Shown here one piece after another: positions 1-10,396 of a stretch of DNA of 64,000 nt; position 1 is the first letter of the stretch, and the number at the start of each line of letters is the position of its first letter. The notes beneath the pieces are model-generated. The model ran no database searches. It was not told the origin of the DNA and saw nothing but the letters and a program-made list of their open reading frames with translations. The translations under genes and the position numbers were made by a program. Source of the DNA: Verrucomicrobiota bacterium (GTDB lineage Bacteria > Verrucomicrobiota > Verrucomicrobiia > Opitutales > Cerasicoccaceae); NCBI GenBank assembly GCA_039818205.1, contig JBCBUK010000004.1, positions 72,302-136,301 on the forward strand, in the 5' to 3' direction.

Positions 1-425
1 CTCGAGGAATAGTGATCGGTTACGTGACGCTGCGGACCCCAGAAATCCACGGTAGTGAAGCTGCGACCCAACCCCAGGTTTACCAACTCATGACGCATTG
101 CAAAGGGGTTACGCCGGAATGCGGTCGTGAAGAGTTTCACGATTTTTGTGCGCGCGGGTCCTTTCTCGGACTGAAAGAGAAACCCGCCACCCCCTTCGGC
201 TTCGACGTATTTGATGACGCGTACTGCTCCCTGCGATTGATAGGTGGCTGCTCCCGCATAGGTGTCTCGCGTCGCATACAGAAGCGCCAATCCATCTCGT
301 GGCTCCTCAAAAATGATCTTATTGGCTAGCGGAGTCTCAAATGGATCGGGCGCTGAAGTCTGCGCGGCCGCCAGTTGGCAAAACAGCGCTGTCAGTAGGA
401 AAAATGCTGATCGATATGTGGTCAC
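1..425 (-). CDS. Secreted hypothetical protein, partial (runs off the window start)
   Basis: Manually translated open minus frame from GTG at 425: (M)TTYRSAFFLLTALFCQLAAAQTSAPDPF... with a signal-peptide-like N-terminus and no stop before base 1. Not in the ORF track because it is truncated. Confidence 0.65.
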   Translation of the reverse strand, partial: MTTYRSAFFLLTALFCQLAAAQTSAPDPFETPLANKIIFEEPRDGLALLYATRDTYAGAATYQSQGAVRVIKYVEAEGGGGFLFQSEKGPARTKIVKLFTTAFRRNPFAMRHELVNLGLGRSFTTVDFWGPQRHVTDHYSS

Positions 426-563
426 GGGTGGGAAAAAATCATCTTGTAATAGACGGTTTTTGTCCACGCTAAGTCTTTTCTTGAGTAAATTAGGTAAGAT
501 ACTAAAAATAAGACTTGCGCTTAGTTGGATCCGCCTTATCCATACGGGCTTCCATTTAAAAAC

Positions 564-1172
564 ATGTCGGATACACCTGACAACATCTATCACGTTTTTG
601 ACCGTATGCTGCCTCGGGCCGATCGCGAATCGGCCTTGAAGCAGCGCTCGCACGTATTCTGGCTGTTTGGCTTGAGCGGCTCGGGCAAGAGCACGTTGGC
701 GTTGGCGCTGGAGCGCGAATTGTTCAATCGGGGTCATTTTGCGCAGGTCCTCGATGGGGATAACATCCGGAGCGGTCTCAACCGTGACCTTGGATTTTCT
801 GATGAGGACCGTCTAGAAAACATCCGTCGCATAGCAGAAGTTGCAAAATTGTTTGCGCAGGCCGGTGTCGTTACCATCACGTCATTCATATGCCCGAAGG
901 AAGAACTTCGGGCCATGGCCAAAGAGATCGTTGGCGACGACGATTTTTCCGATGTTTATGTGAAGGCTTCCTATGAAAGCTGCCAGGAACGGGACCCGAA
1001 AGGTCTCTACAAGAAAGTTCAGGCAGGCCAGGTGAAGCAATTCACTGGAAAGGACAGCGGCTTTGAAGAGCCTGCATCTCCCGCATTGATTATTGATACT
1101 GAAACCGAGACGATTGCCGAGAGTGTCGAGCGCTTGTTGGCCTATGTCTTACCTCGCATTGAATCAAAATAA
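564..1172 (+). CDS. cysC: Adenylyl-sulfate (APS) kinase
   Basis: GLSGSGKST P-loop, LDGDNIRSGL, RDPKGLY motifs; adjacent to cysDN. Start moved to ATG 564. Confidence 0.95.
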   Translation: MSDTPDNIYHVFDRMLPRADRESALKQRSHVFWLFGLSGSGKSTLALALERELFNRGHFAQVLDGDNIRSGLNRDLGFSDEDRLENIRRIAEVAKLFAQAGVVTITSFICPKEELRAMAKEIVGDDDFSDVYVKASYESCQERDPKGLYKKVQAGQVKQFTGKDSGFEEPASPALIIDTETETIAESVERLLAYVLPRIESK

Positions 1173-1179
1173 TTTTACC

Positions 1180-2097
1180 ATGGAACACCATAGCTATCAG
1201 GTAAACCACCTCAAACAACTCGAGTCCGAGGCCATATTCGTTCTGCGCGAAACCGCTGCGCAGTTTGGCAAGCCCGCGCTGCTTTTTTCTGGCGGTAAGG
1301 ATTCGATCGTCATGGCCTGGCTCGCTCGCAAGGCGTTCTGGCCGGCTAAGCTGCCTTTCCCACTGGTTCATGTGGACACAGGTCACAACTTTGAGGAGAC
1401 GATCCAGTATCGCGATGAGTTTGTTGAACAGATCAAGGCGACCTTGGTAGTCGGCTCCGTTCAAGAATCAATCGATCAAGGTCGGGTTCAGGAAGAAAAA
1501 GGCCCGAAGGCGAGTCGCAATGCGCTCCAAACGGTAACGCTGCTCGATACGATTGAAACGCATGCTTACGATGCCTGCCTTGGCGGCGGTCGTCGCGACG
1601 AAGAAAAAGCTCGGGCCAAGGAGCGTTTCTTCTCTCATCGTGACGAATTTGGCCAATGGGATCCAAAGAACCAACGCCCGGAGCTGTGGAATATCTTCAA
1701 CGGACGCAAGCTGCACGGTGAGCACTTCCGCGTTTTCCCTCTGTCGAATTGGACCGAGATGGACATCTGGCAATACATCAAGGCGGAGAACATTCCACTG
1801 CCGAGTCTTTACTTTGCACATGAGCGTCCGGTCTTTATGCGCGACGGAGCTTATTTGGCCGAAACTGATTTCGTGACCTTGCTTCCCGATGAGCAGCCAA
1901 CCTTGGAAAGCCGCAAAGTTCGTTTCCGCACCATTGGTGATGCAACTTGCACCGGGGCCGTACTTTCGGAAGCCAGCACCATCGACGACATTATCGATGA
2001 AGTGGCGGCTGCCCGACAAACCGAACGGGGAACCCGCTCGGATGACAAGCGTTCGGAAACTGCAATGGAAGACCGCAAAAAACAGGGCTACTTCTAA
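1180..2097 (+). CDS. cysD: Sulfate adenylyltransferase subunit 2
   Basis: LFSGGKDS, GGGRRDEEKARAKER, WDPKNQRPELW, C-terminal KKQGYF. Confidence 0.97.
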   Translation: MEHHSYQVNHLKQLESEAIFVLRETAAQFGKPALLFSGGKDSIVMAWLARKAFWPAKLPFPLVHVDTGHNFEETIQYRDEFVEQIKATLVVGSVQESIDQGRVQEEKGPKASRNALQTVTLLDTIETHAYDACLGGGRRDEEKARAKERFFSHRDEFGQWDPKNQRPELWNIFNGRKLHGEHFRVFPLSNWTEMDIWQYIKAENIPLPSLYFAHERPVFMRDGAYLAETDFVTLLPDEQPTLESRKVRFRTIGDATCTGAVLSEASTIDDIIDEVAAARQTERGTRSDDKRSETAMEDRKKQGYF

Positions 2098-2150
2098 GCC
2101 GTTAAGTCCTACTAAACTAACAATCAGAACACAGGACTAAGGATTTTATT

Positions 2151-3425
2151 ATGAGTGAAGAACGTGGTTATCTCGACATGGACATGCTCCGTTTTACAAC
2201 GGCGGGTAGCGTGGACGACGGCAAGAGTACGTTGATCGGGCGTTTGCTTTACGATTCCAAGAACATCTTCGAAGACCAGATGGAGGCGGTTGAAACCAGC
2301 TCTAAGGCTCGCGGTGATGAGCATGTTAACCTGGCACTGCTGACCGATGGTCTGCGGGCGGAGCGCGAGCAAGGCATCACGATTGATGTGGCCTATCGCT
2401 ACTTTGCGACTCCAAAGCGCAAGTTCATCATTGCCGACACGCCAGGTCACATCCAGTACACTCGGAACATGGTTACCGGTGCTTCGACCGCTAACCTTGC
2501 GATCATCTTGATTGATGCGCGTAAGGGTGTGATCGAGCAAACCTGCCGCCACGCGTTTATCGCCAGCTTGCTCCGCATTCAGCACGTAGTTATCTGCGTG
2601 AACAAAATGGACTTGGTGGATTGGTCTCAAGAGACCTACGATCGTATCGTGGCTGACTTTAAGTCGTTTGCGTCTCGTTTGGACAACGTCGTCGAAGTGA
2701 CTTTCATCCCGATCAGTGCGCTTGAGGGTGACAATGTCGTCGATAAGTCGACCAACATGGATTGGTATCAAGGTCCGACTTTGATGTACCACCTGGAAAA
2801 CGTCTATGTCGGCCCGGATTCGAACCACATCGATGCTCGTTTCCCGGTGCAATGGGTCATTCGCCCGATGTCCAACGAATGGCATGACTTCCGTGGGTAT
2901 GCCGGCCGCGTCGCGGGTGGAGTTTTCAAGCCTGGTGATGACGTTGTCGTTCTGCCGAGTGGATTTTCGACTAAGATCAAGACTATCCACACGCTTGGGG
3001 GTGAGTTGCAGGAGGCCTACAATCCGTTGTCTTGCACGATCACACTGGAAGACGAGATTGACATCTCGCGTGGCGACATGATCGCGAAGCCAAACAACCA
3101 ACCTAAGGTTGATCAGGACATCGAAGCGATGATCTGCTGGTTTTCCGAGAAGAAGACCTTGAAGGGACGTGAGAAGCTTATCATGCGTCACACGACGAAA
3201 GAAGCCAAAGTCATCGTAAAGGAGATCCGCTACAAGGTTAACATTAATACCTTGCACAAGATCGAAGGTGACCTGGAGTTTTCGCTCAACGACATTGGTC
3301 GGATTAGCTTACGGACATCTTCACCAATCTTTTACGACAGCTATTCACGTAACCGCCAAACCGGAAGTTTTGTTCTCGTTGATGAGTTCACCAATGAGAC
3401 GGTAGCTGCGGGTATGATTATTTAA
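2151..3425 (+). CDS. cysN: Sulfate adenylyltransferase subunit 1 (GTPase)
   Basis: GSVDDGKSTLIGRLL, EREQGITIDVAYRYF, DTPGH, NKMD motifs. Confidence 0.97.
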   Translation: MSEERGYLDMDMLRFTTAGSVDDGKSTLIGRLLYDSKNIFEDQMEAVETSSKARGDEHVNLALLTDGLRAEREQGITIDVAYRYFATPKRKFIIADTPGHIQYTRNMVTGASTANLAIILIDARKGVIEQTCRHAFIASLLRIQHVVICVNKMDLVDWSQETYDRIVADFKSFASRLDNVVEVTFIPISALEGDNVVDKSTNMDWYQGPTLMYHLENVYVGPDSNHIDARFPVQWVIRPMSNEWHDFRGYAGRVAGGVFKPGDDVVVLPSGFSTKIKTIHTLGGELQEAYNPLSCTITLEDEIDISRGDMIAKPNNQPKVDQDIEAMICWFSEKKTLKGREKLIMRHTTKEAKVIVKEIRYKVNINTLHKIEGDLEFSLNDIGRISLRTSSPIFYDSYSRNRQTGSFVLVDEFTNETVAAGMII

Positions 3426-3433
3426 TTGGCCTT

Positions 3434-3470
3434 GTTCCACTGACTGCCTAATTCTGGCGGTCAGTGGAAC
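3434..3470 (+). promoter_or_regulatory. 15-bp stem-loop covering the start codon of the downstream gene
   Basis: GTTCCACTGACTGCC (3434-3448) pairs with GGCGGTCAGTGGAAC (3456-3470), with one G-U and a 7-nt loop; includes the GTG at 3464. Confidence 0.6.
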
Positions 3471-6400
3471 CTATTTGGCAAATCGCGGCGGATACGGGCG
3501 GGACGTTTACCGACCTGATTGGTACCGATCCGGAAGGCGTTGAGCATCGTGCTAAAGTGCTTTCGAGCGCGTGTCTGCGCAGTCGAGTGGCGGCTAAGTA
3601 TTCTGGTGGTTGGATCAAGCTTGCGACCAATTGGACGCTGCCAGAGCATTTCTTTCGTGGGTTCAATGTAGCGTTTCCGCAAGGTGAAGTCTTCCGAGTT
3701 CGGGAATACCGTCGACGCGATCACGCCTTATTGCTAGACTTCAATGGTCGATTGCCGCCGGGTGCCACGGTTGAGCTTTCAACTGGTGAGGAAGCACCAA
3801 TCCTCGGTGCGCGAGTAATGACGGGGACATCCGGTAACCAAGTCCTGCCACCGATTGATCTTCGCTTGGGCACGACGCGCGGGACTAACGCTTTGCTGGA
3901 ACGTAACGGCGGACGCGTGGCGTTCTTTGTAACGAAAGGGTTGGCGGATCTCCTGGAAATTGGCGACCAGCGCCGCCCGGATATTTTTGCTCTGAATATC
4001 AAGAAGCCTGCCTCGTTAGTTTATCGAGTCATCGAAGTTGACGGGCGGATGGATGCGAATGGTGAAGAGATTTCTCCAATTAGCTTTGGAAGTGACTTTG
4101 AACAGGCTTTGGCGAGCGCCCGGGCTGCGGGGTGTCAATCGGCGGCCATTGCGTTGCTGCATTCCTATCGAAACCCAGCGCATGAGCACGCCCTTGCCGC
4201 AGTTTTGGAAACAGCTGGCTTCGCTCATGTTGCCTGTTCGTCTGAGCTAGCGCCGATGATTAAGATCCTTCCGCGGGCCCAGACAACGGTGGTTGATGCC
4301 TATTTGGCTAAGATAATGCAGACCTATTTGGATAAGGTTGAAGCGGTTCTGGCGGATGGCTCCCTGAGGATAATGACGAGTGCCGGCGGATTGACGGCAC
4401 GCAACGATTTTTACGCTAAAGACAGTCTGCTCAGTGGGCCTGCCGGTGGTGTGGTTGGTGCCCGCAATGCGGGACACCAAGCGGGTTCTCTACGGTGTAT
4501 CTCATTCGACATGGGTGGAACGAGTACCGATGTGGCTCGGATTCACAGCGATTTCGATTACCGTTCATCGCATCAGGTGGGAGATGCCATGATTATGGCA
4601 CCGGCCTTGAAAATTGAAACGGTTGCTGCCGGCGGCGGCTCGATCTGTGGATGGGATGGTCGACGGCTTTATGTTGGGCCAGATAGTGCTGGAGCGCATC
4701 CGGGGCCAGCGTGTTACGGGGTCGGTGGCCCGCTAACGATTACGGATGTGAACCTGCTGCTTGGTCGTTTGTTACCATCTGCCTTTGGGATTCCGGTATT
4801 TGAATCGGCGGCAGAGCGCGCAGCAGACGCGATTGCACGAGATGCCAATCTATCGCGCACCGAGTTGCTCGAAGGCTTTTTGCGAATTGCTAATGAACGC
4901 ATGGCCGCAGCGATCGAGACGATCTCTGTTCGCGAGGGATATGATCCCAGTGAATATGCGCTGGTTGCTTTTGGTGGGGCCGGCGGCTTGCACGCGTGTG
5001 CGATTGCGGAACTGTTGGCGATGAAGCAAGTTATCTTTCCTCGACATGCGGGCGTTTTGAGTGCCTACGGAATCGAGCAAGCAGCAATTGAACGCATTGG
5101 CGAGCGCCAGGTAATCGCGTTGTTGGGTGACGTTGAAAGGAAGCTGCCGACTTGGCTTGATGAACTTGCCTCACAGCCCAAGCAGCAGCTGTTGGAGGAG
5201 GGAATCGATGCATCGCAGTTGCAGGTTCGGCAGCAGCGGATTACAATGCGTCTTGCAGGTCAGGATTCGTCTTTGACGATTGATCACTGCCGCGACCTGC
5301 GCTCTGCCTTCGTTCGCGAGTATCAGCTGGTCTTCGGGTACTTCCCCGAGGGGCGAGCCGTCGAAGTCGTGTCTTTGCAAGTTGTGGTGTCGACGCCTAT
5401 TGTCACGCCACTTGCAGAAGACTTCGCGGTTGAATCGACCCTAAACTTATCAAGCGCCCAAGCTACCTCTGCAGTTCGGTCAATCGACCGCGGTACGTTA
5501 GCGGGTGGAACCATGATTAACGGGCCAGCAATTGTCTTTGATGACACCTGTACGCTCTTCGTTGAAAGCGGATGGAGTGCAGTGATGGGTTCGGCTGGCA
5601 CCTTAAAGTTGAGTTGTGAAAGGTCACCATCTGTTGATATCGCGGTGCATGAGACGATAGCGCGTGAACTGTTTACCAATCGCTTTCGGCAGCTTGTGGA
5701 TGAGATGGGGGTCCAGCTTGAGCGGACTGCCGTTTCAACAAACGTCAAAGAGCGACTGGATTTTTCGTGTGCGCTCTTGGATCGCAATGGACACCTTGTC
5801 GTTAATGCACCGCATATCCCGGTTCACCTTGGAGCTCTAGGATTGTGTGTGCGTACGGTTGCGGAGCAAATCGACCTGGCTCCAGGTGATGTTGTTGTGA
5901 CGAATCATCCAGGTGCCGGTGGCTCTCACCTGCCTGATGTCACGGTGATCACGCCAATCTTTTTGGAGAACCAATTGCTCGGATACGTTGCGAACCGTGC
6001 GCACCACGCCGAGATCGGAGGAATCCGACCCGGTTCGATGCCGCCCAATGCGCACTGTTTAGCTGAGGAGGGGGTTGTAATCCCTCCGACTTACCTTTTT
6101 CGAAAAGGGGAAAGTCGTCTGGGCGATTTTGAACAGCTGTTAACGGCCGCCCCTTATCCGACTCGCGCTCTTAAGGATAACCTGGCGGACCTGAGTGCGC
6201 AGATTGCCGCAAACCGGCGGGGTGAGGCGCAATTTTTATCATTAGTGAGTGAATCAGGAGCAGACAAAGTCCTTCACTACATGGACGAGCTCTTGCGATT
6301 CTCGGCCGACGCGTTGCGGAAGTCGATCGCTCGTCTACAGGACCGGGCTTACGAAGCACGATCGGTGCTCGACGATGGGACCACGATCCAGGTGAGCGTT

Positions 6401-7177
6401 GAGGTAGATGGAAATAGTATGGTCGTTGATTTCGCAGGAACCGACGATGTTCAGGGTGGCAACCTTAACGCGAGCCCAGCTATCGTTTCCAGCGCATTGA
6501 TCTATGTGCTGCGGCTCTTGACCAAGGAGGACTTGCCTTTGAATGAGGGATTGCTGCGCCCAGTCGGGCTTCGCTTGCCGACATGCTTTCTTAACCCTCA
6601 CTTTCCCGAAGACCCAAGACAGGCTCCCGCAGTCGTTGGCGGGAATGTGGAAACCAGCCAACGGGTGGTCGAATGTTGTTTGCGGGCACTTGAGTTGGTT
6701 GCCGATAGTCAGGGAACGATGAATAACTTTATCTTCGGCAACGATCACTTGAGTTACTACGAAACGATCGGTGGTGGCGCCGGTGCGGGCTGCGGTTTTA
6801 ATGGGACGTCGGGTGTGCATTCTCACATGACCAACACGGCGATAACTGATCCAGAGATTCTCGAACGTCGTTTTCCGTTGCGGCTAACGCGTTTTGCAAT
6901 TCGCAAAGGTTCGGGTGGTAGTGGTAGATGGCGCGGTGGAGATGGATTAATTCGCGAGGTTGAATTCTTGGAGCCGTTGTCGATCTCGCTATTAACCCAA
7001 CACCGAAGTCAAGGTCCTCGAGGATTGGCGGGCGGCCAAGATGCTCTAGTTGGGCAGCAAAGGCGCATTCATGCCTGTGGTCGCGAGGAAGAGTTAATGG
7101 CATTGGCGGATTATGAAGCTATGGCGGGGGAACGTTTGATAATCGAAACACCGGGGGGAGGCGGTTTCGGATCTTGA
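3464..7177 (+). CDS. Fused hydantoinase A/B / ATP-dependent 5-oxoprolinase family protein
   Basis: [64 protein letters not shown] motifs; 1237 aa. Confidence 0.92.
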   Translation: MEPIWQIAADTGGTFTDLIGTDPEGVEHRAKVLSSACLRSRVAAKYSGGWIKLATNWTLPEHFFRGFNVAFPQGEVFRVREYRRRDHALLLDFNGRLPPGATVELSTGEEAPILGARVMTGTSGNQVLPPIDLRLGTTRGTNALLERNGGRVAFFVTKGLADLLEIGDQRRPDIFALNIKKPASLVYRVIEVDGRMDANGEEISPISFGSDFEQALASARAAGCQSAAIALLHSYRNPAHEHALAAVLETAGFAHVACSSELAPMIKILPRAQTTVVDAYLAKIMQTYLDKVEAVLADGSLRIMTSAGGLTARNDFYAKDSLLSGPAGGVVGARNAGHQAGSLRCISFDMGGTSTDVARIHSDFDYRSSHQVGDAMIMAPALKIETVAAGGGSICGWDGRRLYVGPDSAGAHPGPACYGVGGPLTITDVNLLLGRLLPSAFGIPVFESAAERAADAIARDANLSRTELLEGFLRIANERMAAAIETISVREGYDPSEYALVAFGGAGGLHACAIAELLAMKQVIFPRHAGVLSAYGIEQAAIERIGERQVIALLGDVERKLPTWLDELASQPKQQLLEEGIDASQLQVRQQRITMRLAGQDSSLTIDHCRDLRSAFVREYQLVFGYFPEGRAVEVVSLQVVVSTPIVTPLAEDFAVESTLNLSSAQATSAVRSIDRGTLAGGTMINGPAIVFDDTCTLFVESGWSAVMGSAGTLKLSCERSPSVDIAVHETIARELFTNRFRQLVDEMGVQLERTAVSTNVKERLDFSCALLDRNGHLVVNAPHIPVHLGALGLCVRTVAEQIDLAPGDVVVTNHPGAGGSHLPDVTVITPIFLENQLLGYVANRAHHAEIGGIRPGSMPPNAHCLAEEGVVIPPTYLFRKGESRLGDFEQLLTAAPYPTRALKDNLADLSAQIAANRRGEAQFLSLVSESGADKVLHYMDELLRFSADALRKSIARLQDRAYEARSVLDDGTTIQVSVEVDGNSMVVDFAGTDDVQGGNLNASPAIVSSALIYVLRLLTKEDLPLNEGLLRPVGLRLPTCFLNPHFPEDPRQAPAVVGGNVETSQRVVECCLRALELVADSQGTMNNFIFGNDHLSYYETIGGGAGAGCGFNGTSGVHSHMTNTAITDPEILERRFPLRLTRFAIRKGSGGSGRWRGGDGLIREVEFLEPLSISLLTQHRSQGPRGLAGGQDALVGQQRRIHACGREEELMALADYEAMAGERLIIETPGGGGFGS

Positions 7178-8121
7178 AGCCAATTCATCTCATACATCAT
7201 CCCGATTGTCGGCTGCACGATACGGGTGGCTACCACCCAGAACGCCCAGAGCGCACTCAAGTCATCGTTGAGGCGTTTAAGGCGGCGACGTTTGCCCGCC
7301 CGATTGTTTGGGAGCTGGCAACGCCGAGTGAACTTTCTTGGATAGAGAAAGTTCATGATGGTCATTATATTCGGCGGATCGAAGAACTGTGTTTGCGTGG
7401 TGAAACGGCGCTTGATCGAGGCGATACTCAAGTCTCCGATGAGTCATTTGACGTGGCGAGACTGGCAGCCGGAGCTGCTATGCAAACTGTTGACTGTGTT
7501 CTGCGGGCAAGTGCTCATGCAGCTTTCAGCGTTATGCGCCCGCCTGGGCATCATGCAGAAGTAGCCGAAGCAATGGGGTTTTGTTTGTTTAACAATATCG
7601 CTATTGCCGCGCGGTACGCCCAGCAGGCTTATGATTTAAAACGTGTCGCCATTATCGATATCGATGTGCACCATGGAAATGGGACGCAGGCAATCTTCTA
7701 CGAAGATCCGAGTGTTCTCTTTGTTAGCTTTCACCAGTTTCCTTTTTATCCTGGAACCGGATCATCAATCGAACGAGGGCGTGGACTCGGTGATGGCGCT
7801 ACTTTAAACATACCTTTAACGGCTGGGGCCAAGTTTGATGAGTATGAGAGCGCATGGCATGATCAAGTCTTGCCTAAGCTTTTGTCGTTTGAGCCAGAGA
7901 TGATTCTTATATCAGCAGGTTTTGATGCGCATAAAGATGACCCACTGGCTAATATGCTTCTTAAGACTTCCGACTTCCTTCAGTTAACGCGTTTAATTGG
8001 TGGCTTTGCTGAGCAAAGTTGTGGTGGCCGAGTTGTTTCAATTTTGGAAGGTGGCTATAATCTCAAGGCTCTTGCTGCTTCATGTGTTGCACATGTGGAT
8101 GGGCTTTGTGGCATAGAGTAA
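7174..8121 (+). CDS. Zn-dependent histone deacetylase family (class II-like) amidohydrolase
   Basis: HPERPER, RPPGHHA, GFCLFNN, DIDVHHGNG, SAGFDAH..DPL, LEGGY motifs all intact; TTG start overlaps the upstream stop. Confidence 0.93.
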   Translation: MKPIHLIHHPDCRLHDTGGYHPERPERTQVIVEAFKAATFARPIVWELATPSELSWIEKVHDGHYIRRIEELCLRGETALDRGDTQVSDESFDVARLAAGAAMQTVDCVLRASAHAAFSVMRPPGHHAEVAEAMGFCLFNNIAIAARYAQQAYDLKRVAIIDIDVHHGNGTQAIFYEDPSVLFVSFHQFPFYPGTGSSIERGRGLGDGATLNIPLTAGAKFDEYESAWHDQVLPKLLSFEPEMILISAGFDAHKDDPLANMLLKTSDFLQLTRLIGGFAEQSCGGRVVSILEGGYNLKALAASCVAHVDGLCGIE

Positions 8122-8548
8122 GGCTTAAGTGTATGCGTTCTGAAATCGCTTTGTGGAACAAAGCAGTTTTATAACGCAAAGTATGTAACTTTATGGTTGA
8201 TATTTTCTCACCATGGAGCTACACAGTTCATCTTATTGGAGCTTTAAGCTCATACTACCTTATTCAAAGTGGTCCAATATTGCCTAACAACAGCTCTTCC
8301 AATTTTGGATTTAGGATTACGCAAAATGCGTTTTCCAACGGGAGGGGCTTCCGATCAAAGCAATCGTTTTGTTCAATGGAGTATGGCAATTGATGGATTT
8401 GCTTTTGAAACTTCGCTTTATTTTAAGGAGCTGCATGAAAGGTTCGTGGCATGGCAGCATTCTCCAGGATTATCTCTCGCATTTGTCCCCGTAACACTTG
8501 GGGCCTTTGTGGCGAGAAGCTACAACACAAACATAGACTAACCTAATC

Positions 8549-8986
8549 ATGGCTACGAAAAAGAAAGTCACTAAAAAGGCCGTTAAGAAGGTCGCTAAAA
8601 AAGCAACCAAGAAGGCCGTAAAAAAACCAGCTGCTAAAAAAGTGGCTGCGAAAAAGAAGGTCGCTAAAAAGGCGGTGAAGAAGGTCGCAAAGAAAGCAGC
8701 TAAGAAGGCAACCAAGAAGGTCGCTAAGAAGAAGGTTGCAAAGAAGGCGGCTAAGAAAGCAGTAAAAAAGGCAGCTAAGAAAGCTACCAAGAAAGTTGCT
8801 AAGAAGAAGGTCGCCAAGAAGGCGGTGAAAAAGGCAGCGAAAAAGGCCACCAAGAAAGTAGCGAAGAAGGCGACTAAGAAGGTTGCGAAGAAAGCTACCA
8901 AAAAGGTCGCTAAGAAAAAGGTCGCTAAGAAAAAGGTCGCCAAAAAAGCGACGAAGAAAGCTGCTAAAAAAGCGAAAAAGAAATAA
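8549..8986 (+). CDS. Histone H1-like Lys/Ala-rich repetitive DNA-binding protein (Hc2/AlgP-tail-like)
   Basis: 145 aa made only of K, A, V and T (plus the start M and one P) in KKVA/KKAT/KKAA/KKAV units. Synonymous codons vary between repeats, indicating protein-level selection. Confidence 0.88.
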   Translation: MATKKKVTKKAVKKVAKKATKKAVKKPAAKKVAAKKKVAKKAVKKVAKKAAKKATKKVAKKKVAKKAAKKAVKKAAKKATKKVAKKKVAKKAVKKAAKKATKKVAKKATKKVAKKATKKVAKKKVAKKKVAKKATKKAAKKAKKK

Positions 8987-9021
8987 ATTTACAATACGCG
9001 TAGCCACGCGTTAGCCTTTGA

Positions 9022-9055
9022 AGCGTCCGGCCCAGTTTAGGCCGGGCGCTAAAAA
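9022..9055. terminator. GC-rich hairpin, probable terminator after the H1-like gene
   Basis: AGCGTCCGGCC-cagttta-GGCCGGGCGCT followed by AAAAA (U-tract on the minus strand). Confidence 0.5.
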
Positions 9056-9119
9056 GGGTTGCTTTGCTTGTCTCGATGCAAACACTGCTTCGGTTTAATT
9101 TAACTAAAGAAGCAGATCC

Positions 9120-10313
9120 ATGTCAGCATCGAACACCCACTTGTCGCCTTGGGCGCTCAACATTTCCCCGTCACCCACGCTGGCCGTCGACGCCAAAGCC
9201 AAGGCCCTGAAAGCCGAAGGCAAGGATGTTTGCGGTTTCGGAGCAGGTGAGCCCGATTTCGACACGCCCGAATTCATCAAGGAAGCGTGCATCGAATCCT
9301 TGCGTCGTGGCGAGACTAAGTATGCTCCAGCGGCAGGTCTACCGAAGTTGCGGGCCGCCCTCGCAGATAAGTATCAGCACGAAAATGGCGTCGCCTCGGT
9401 GGCACCTGAGCAGGTGGTCGTTAGTCCTGGAGGCAAATATTCGTGCTATTTGGCGATTTTGGCCACCTGTGGGCCCGGAGACGAGGTCATCATTCCGGCA
9501 CCCTATTGGGTAAGCTACCCGGAAATGGTCAAACTGGCAGGTGCGACTCCGAAGTTCATTTTTGCGGGAGACGATCAAGGGTTTAAGATCACACCCGAGC
9601 AGTTGCGTGAAGCACTTACGCCACAAACTCGGATGGTTGTGCTTAACAGCCCCTCAAACCCGACCGGTGCGATCTACTCAAAAGCCGAAATTGAGGCGAT
9701 CATGGCGGTGGCTCTTGAGGCCGGTATCTACGTCATGTCCGACGAGATCTACGAGTATTTGCTCTACGACGGTGTTGAATTTGTTTCTCCGGCGAGCCTC
9801 AGCGAGGAAGCTGCGGCAAAGACCATCACCGTTGCTGGTTTTTCTAAGACCTTTTCGATGACCGGATGGCGCCTCGGCACGTTGATGGCTCCTGCTCCGA
9901 TTGCCAAGGCCGTTGCGAGCCTGCAAAGCCAAACCTCTTCCAACGCGACGACCTTTGCACAATGGGGCGCATTGGCTGCCATGGAGAAACCCGAAGAAGC
10001 GAAATCTGCGGTGGCTTCGATGCTGGTTGAATTTGACCGCCGTCGTCTCAAGTTGCTGGATGGGCTGAATGCTATTGAAGGCATTCGTTGCGAGCGTTCG
10101 CAAGGTGCTTTCTATCTGTTCCCGAACATCGGCAGCTACGGGCTGAGTTCGACGGAGTTTTCGGCGAAGCTACTCGAAGATGAGTTGGTTGCCGTCGTGC
10201 CCGGGGTTGCCTTCGGAGCTGACGACTACATGCGCCTGTCCTACGCGACCTCCGATTCGGTCATCGAGAAGGGCTTGGAACGTCTCGCGCGCTACTGTCA
10301 GGGTCTGGGCTAG
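9120..10313 (+). CDS. PLP-dependent class I/II (aspartate) aminotransferase
   Basis: [37 protein letters not shown] (PLP lysine). Confidence 0.93.
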   Translation: MSASNTHLSPWALNISPSPTLAVDAKAKALKAEGKDVCGFGAGEPDFDTPEFIKEACIESLRRGETKYAPAAGLPKLRAALADKYQHENGVASVAPEQVVVSPGGKYSCYLAILATCGPGDEVIIPAPYWVSYPEMVKLAGATPKFIFAGDDQGFKITPEQLREALTPQTRMVVLNSPSNPTGAIYSKAEIEAIMAVALEAGIYVMSDEIYEYLLYDGVEFVSPASLSEEAAAKTITVAGFSKTFSMTGWRLGTLMAPAPIAKAVASLQSQTSSNATTFAQWGALAAMEKPEEAKSAVASMLVEFDRRRLKLLDGLNAIEGIRCERSQGAFYLFPNIGSYGLSSTEFSAKLLEDELVAVVPGVAFGADDYMRLSYATSDSVIEKGLERLARYCQGLG

Positions 10314-10338
10314 CGCCAAGCACAGCATGACTTTTCGG

Positions 10339-10371
10339 ATGGCCTCGCACGAAAACGCGAGGTCATTTTTT
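10339..10371 (+). terminator. Rho-independent terminator
   Basis: ATGGCCTCGC-acgaaaac-GCGAGGTCAT followed by a T run, between convergent genes. Confidence 0.75.
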
Positions 10372-10396
10372 GTGTCTTAAAAGCGCTTAAAGTGCT

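Noticed and set aside
12..639. Plus-strand ORFs 12..329 and 262..639
   Set aside because: No recognisable motifs; they overlap the better-supported minus-strand signal-peptide ORF and the cysC promoter region.
2124..3257. Long antisense ORF (377 aa) opposite cysN, and similar shadows elsewhere
   Set aside because: Typical antisense frames produced by codon bias in conserved genes.
8549..8986. CRISPR array or DNA tandem repeat
   Set aside because: No constant repeat with unique spacers; the periodicity is at amino-acid level. No CRISPR array or cas gene was seen anywhere in the window.
8470..9007. Minus-strand ORFs rich in F/L/A that look like membrane proteins
   Set aside because: They are the antisense shadow of the AAG/AAA-rich H1-like repeat gene.
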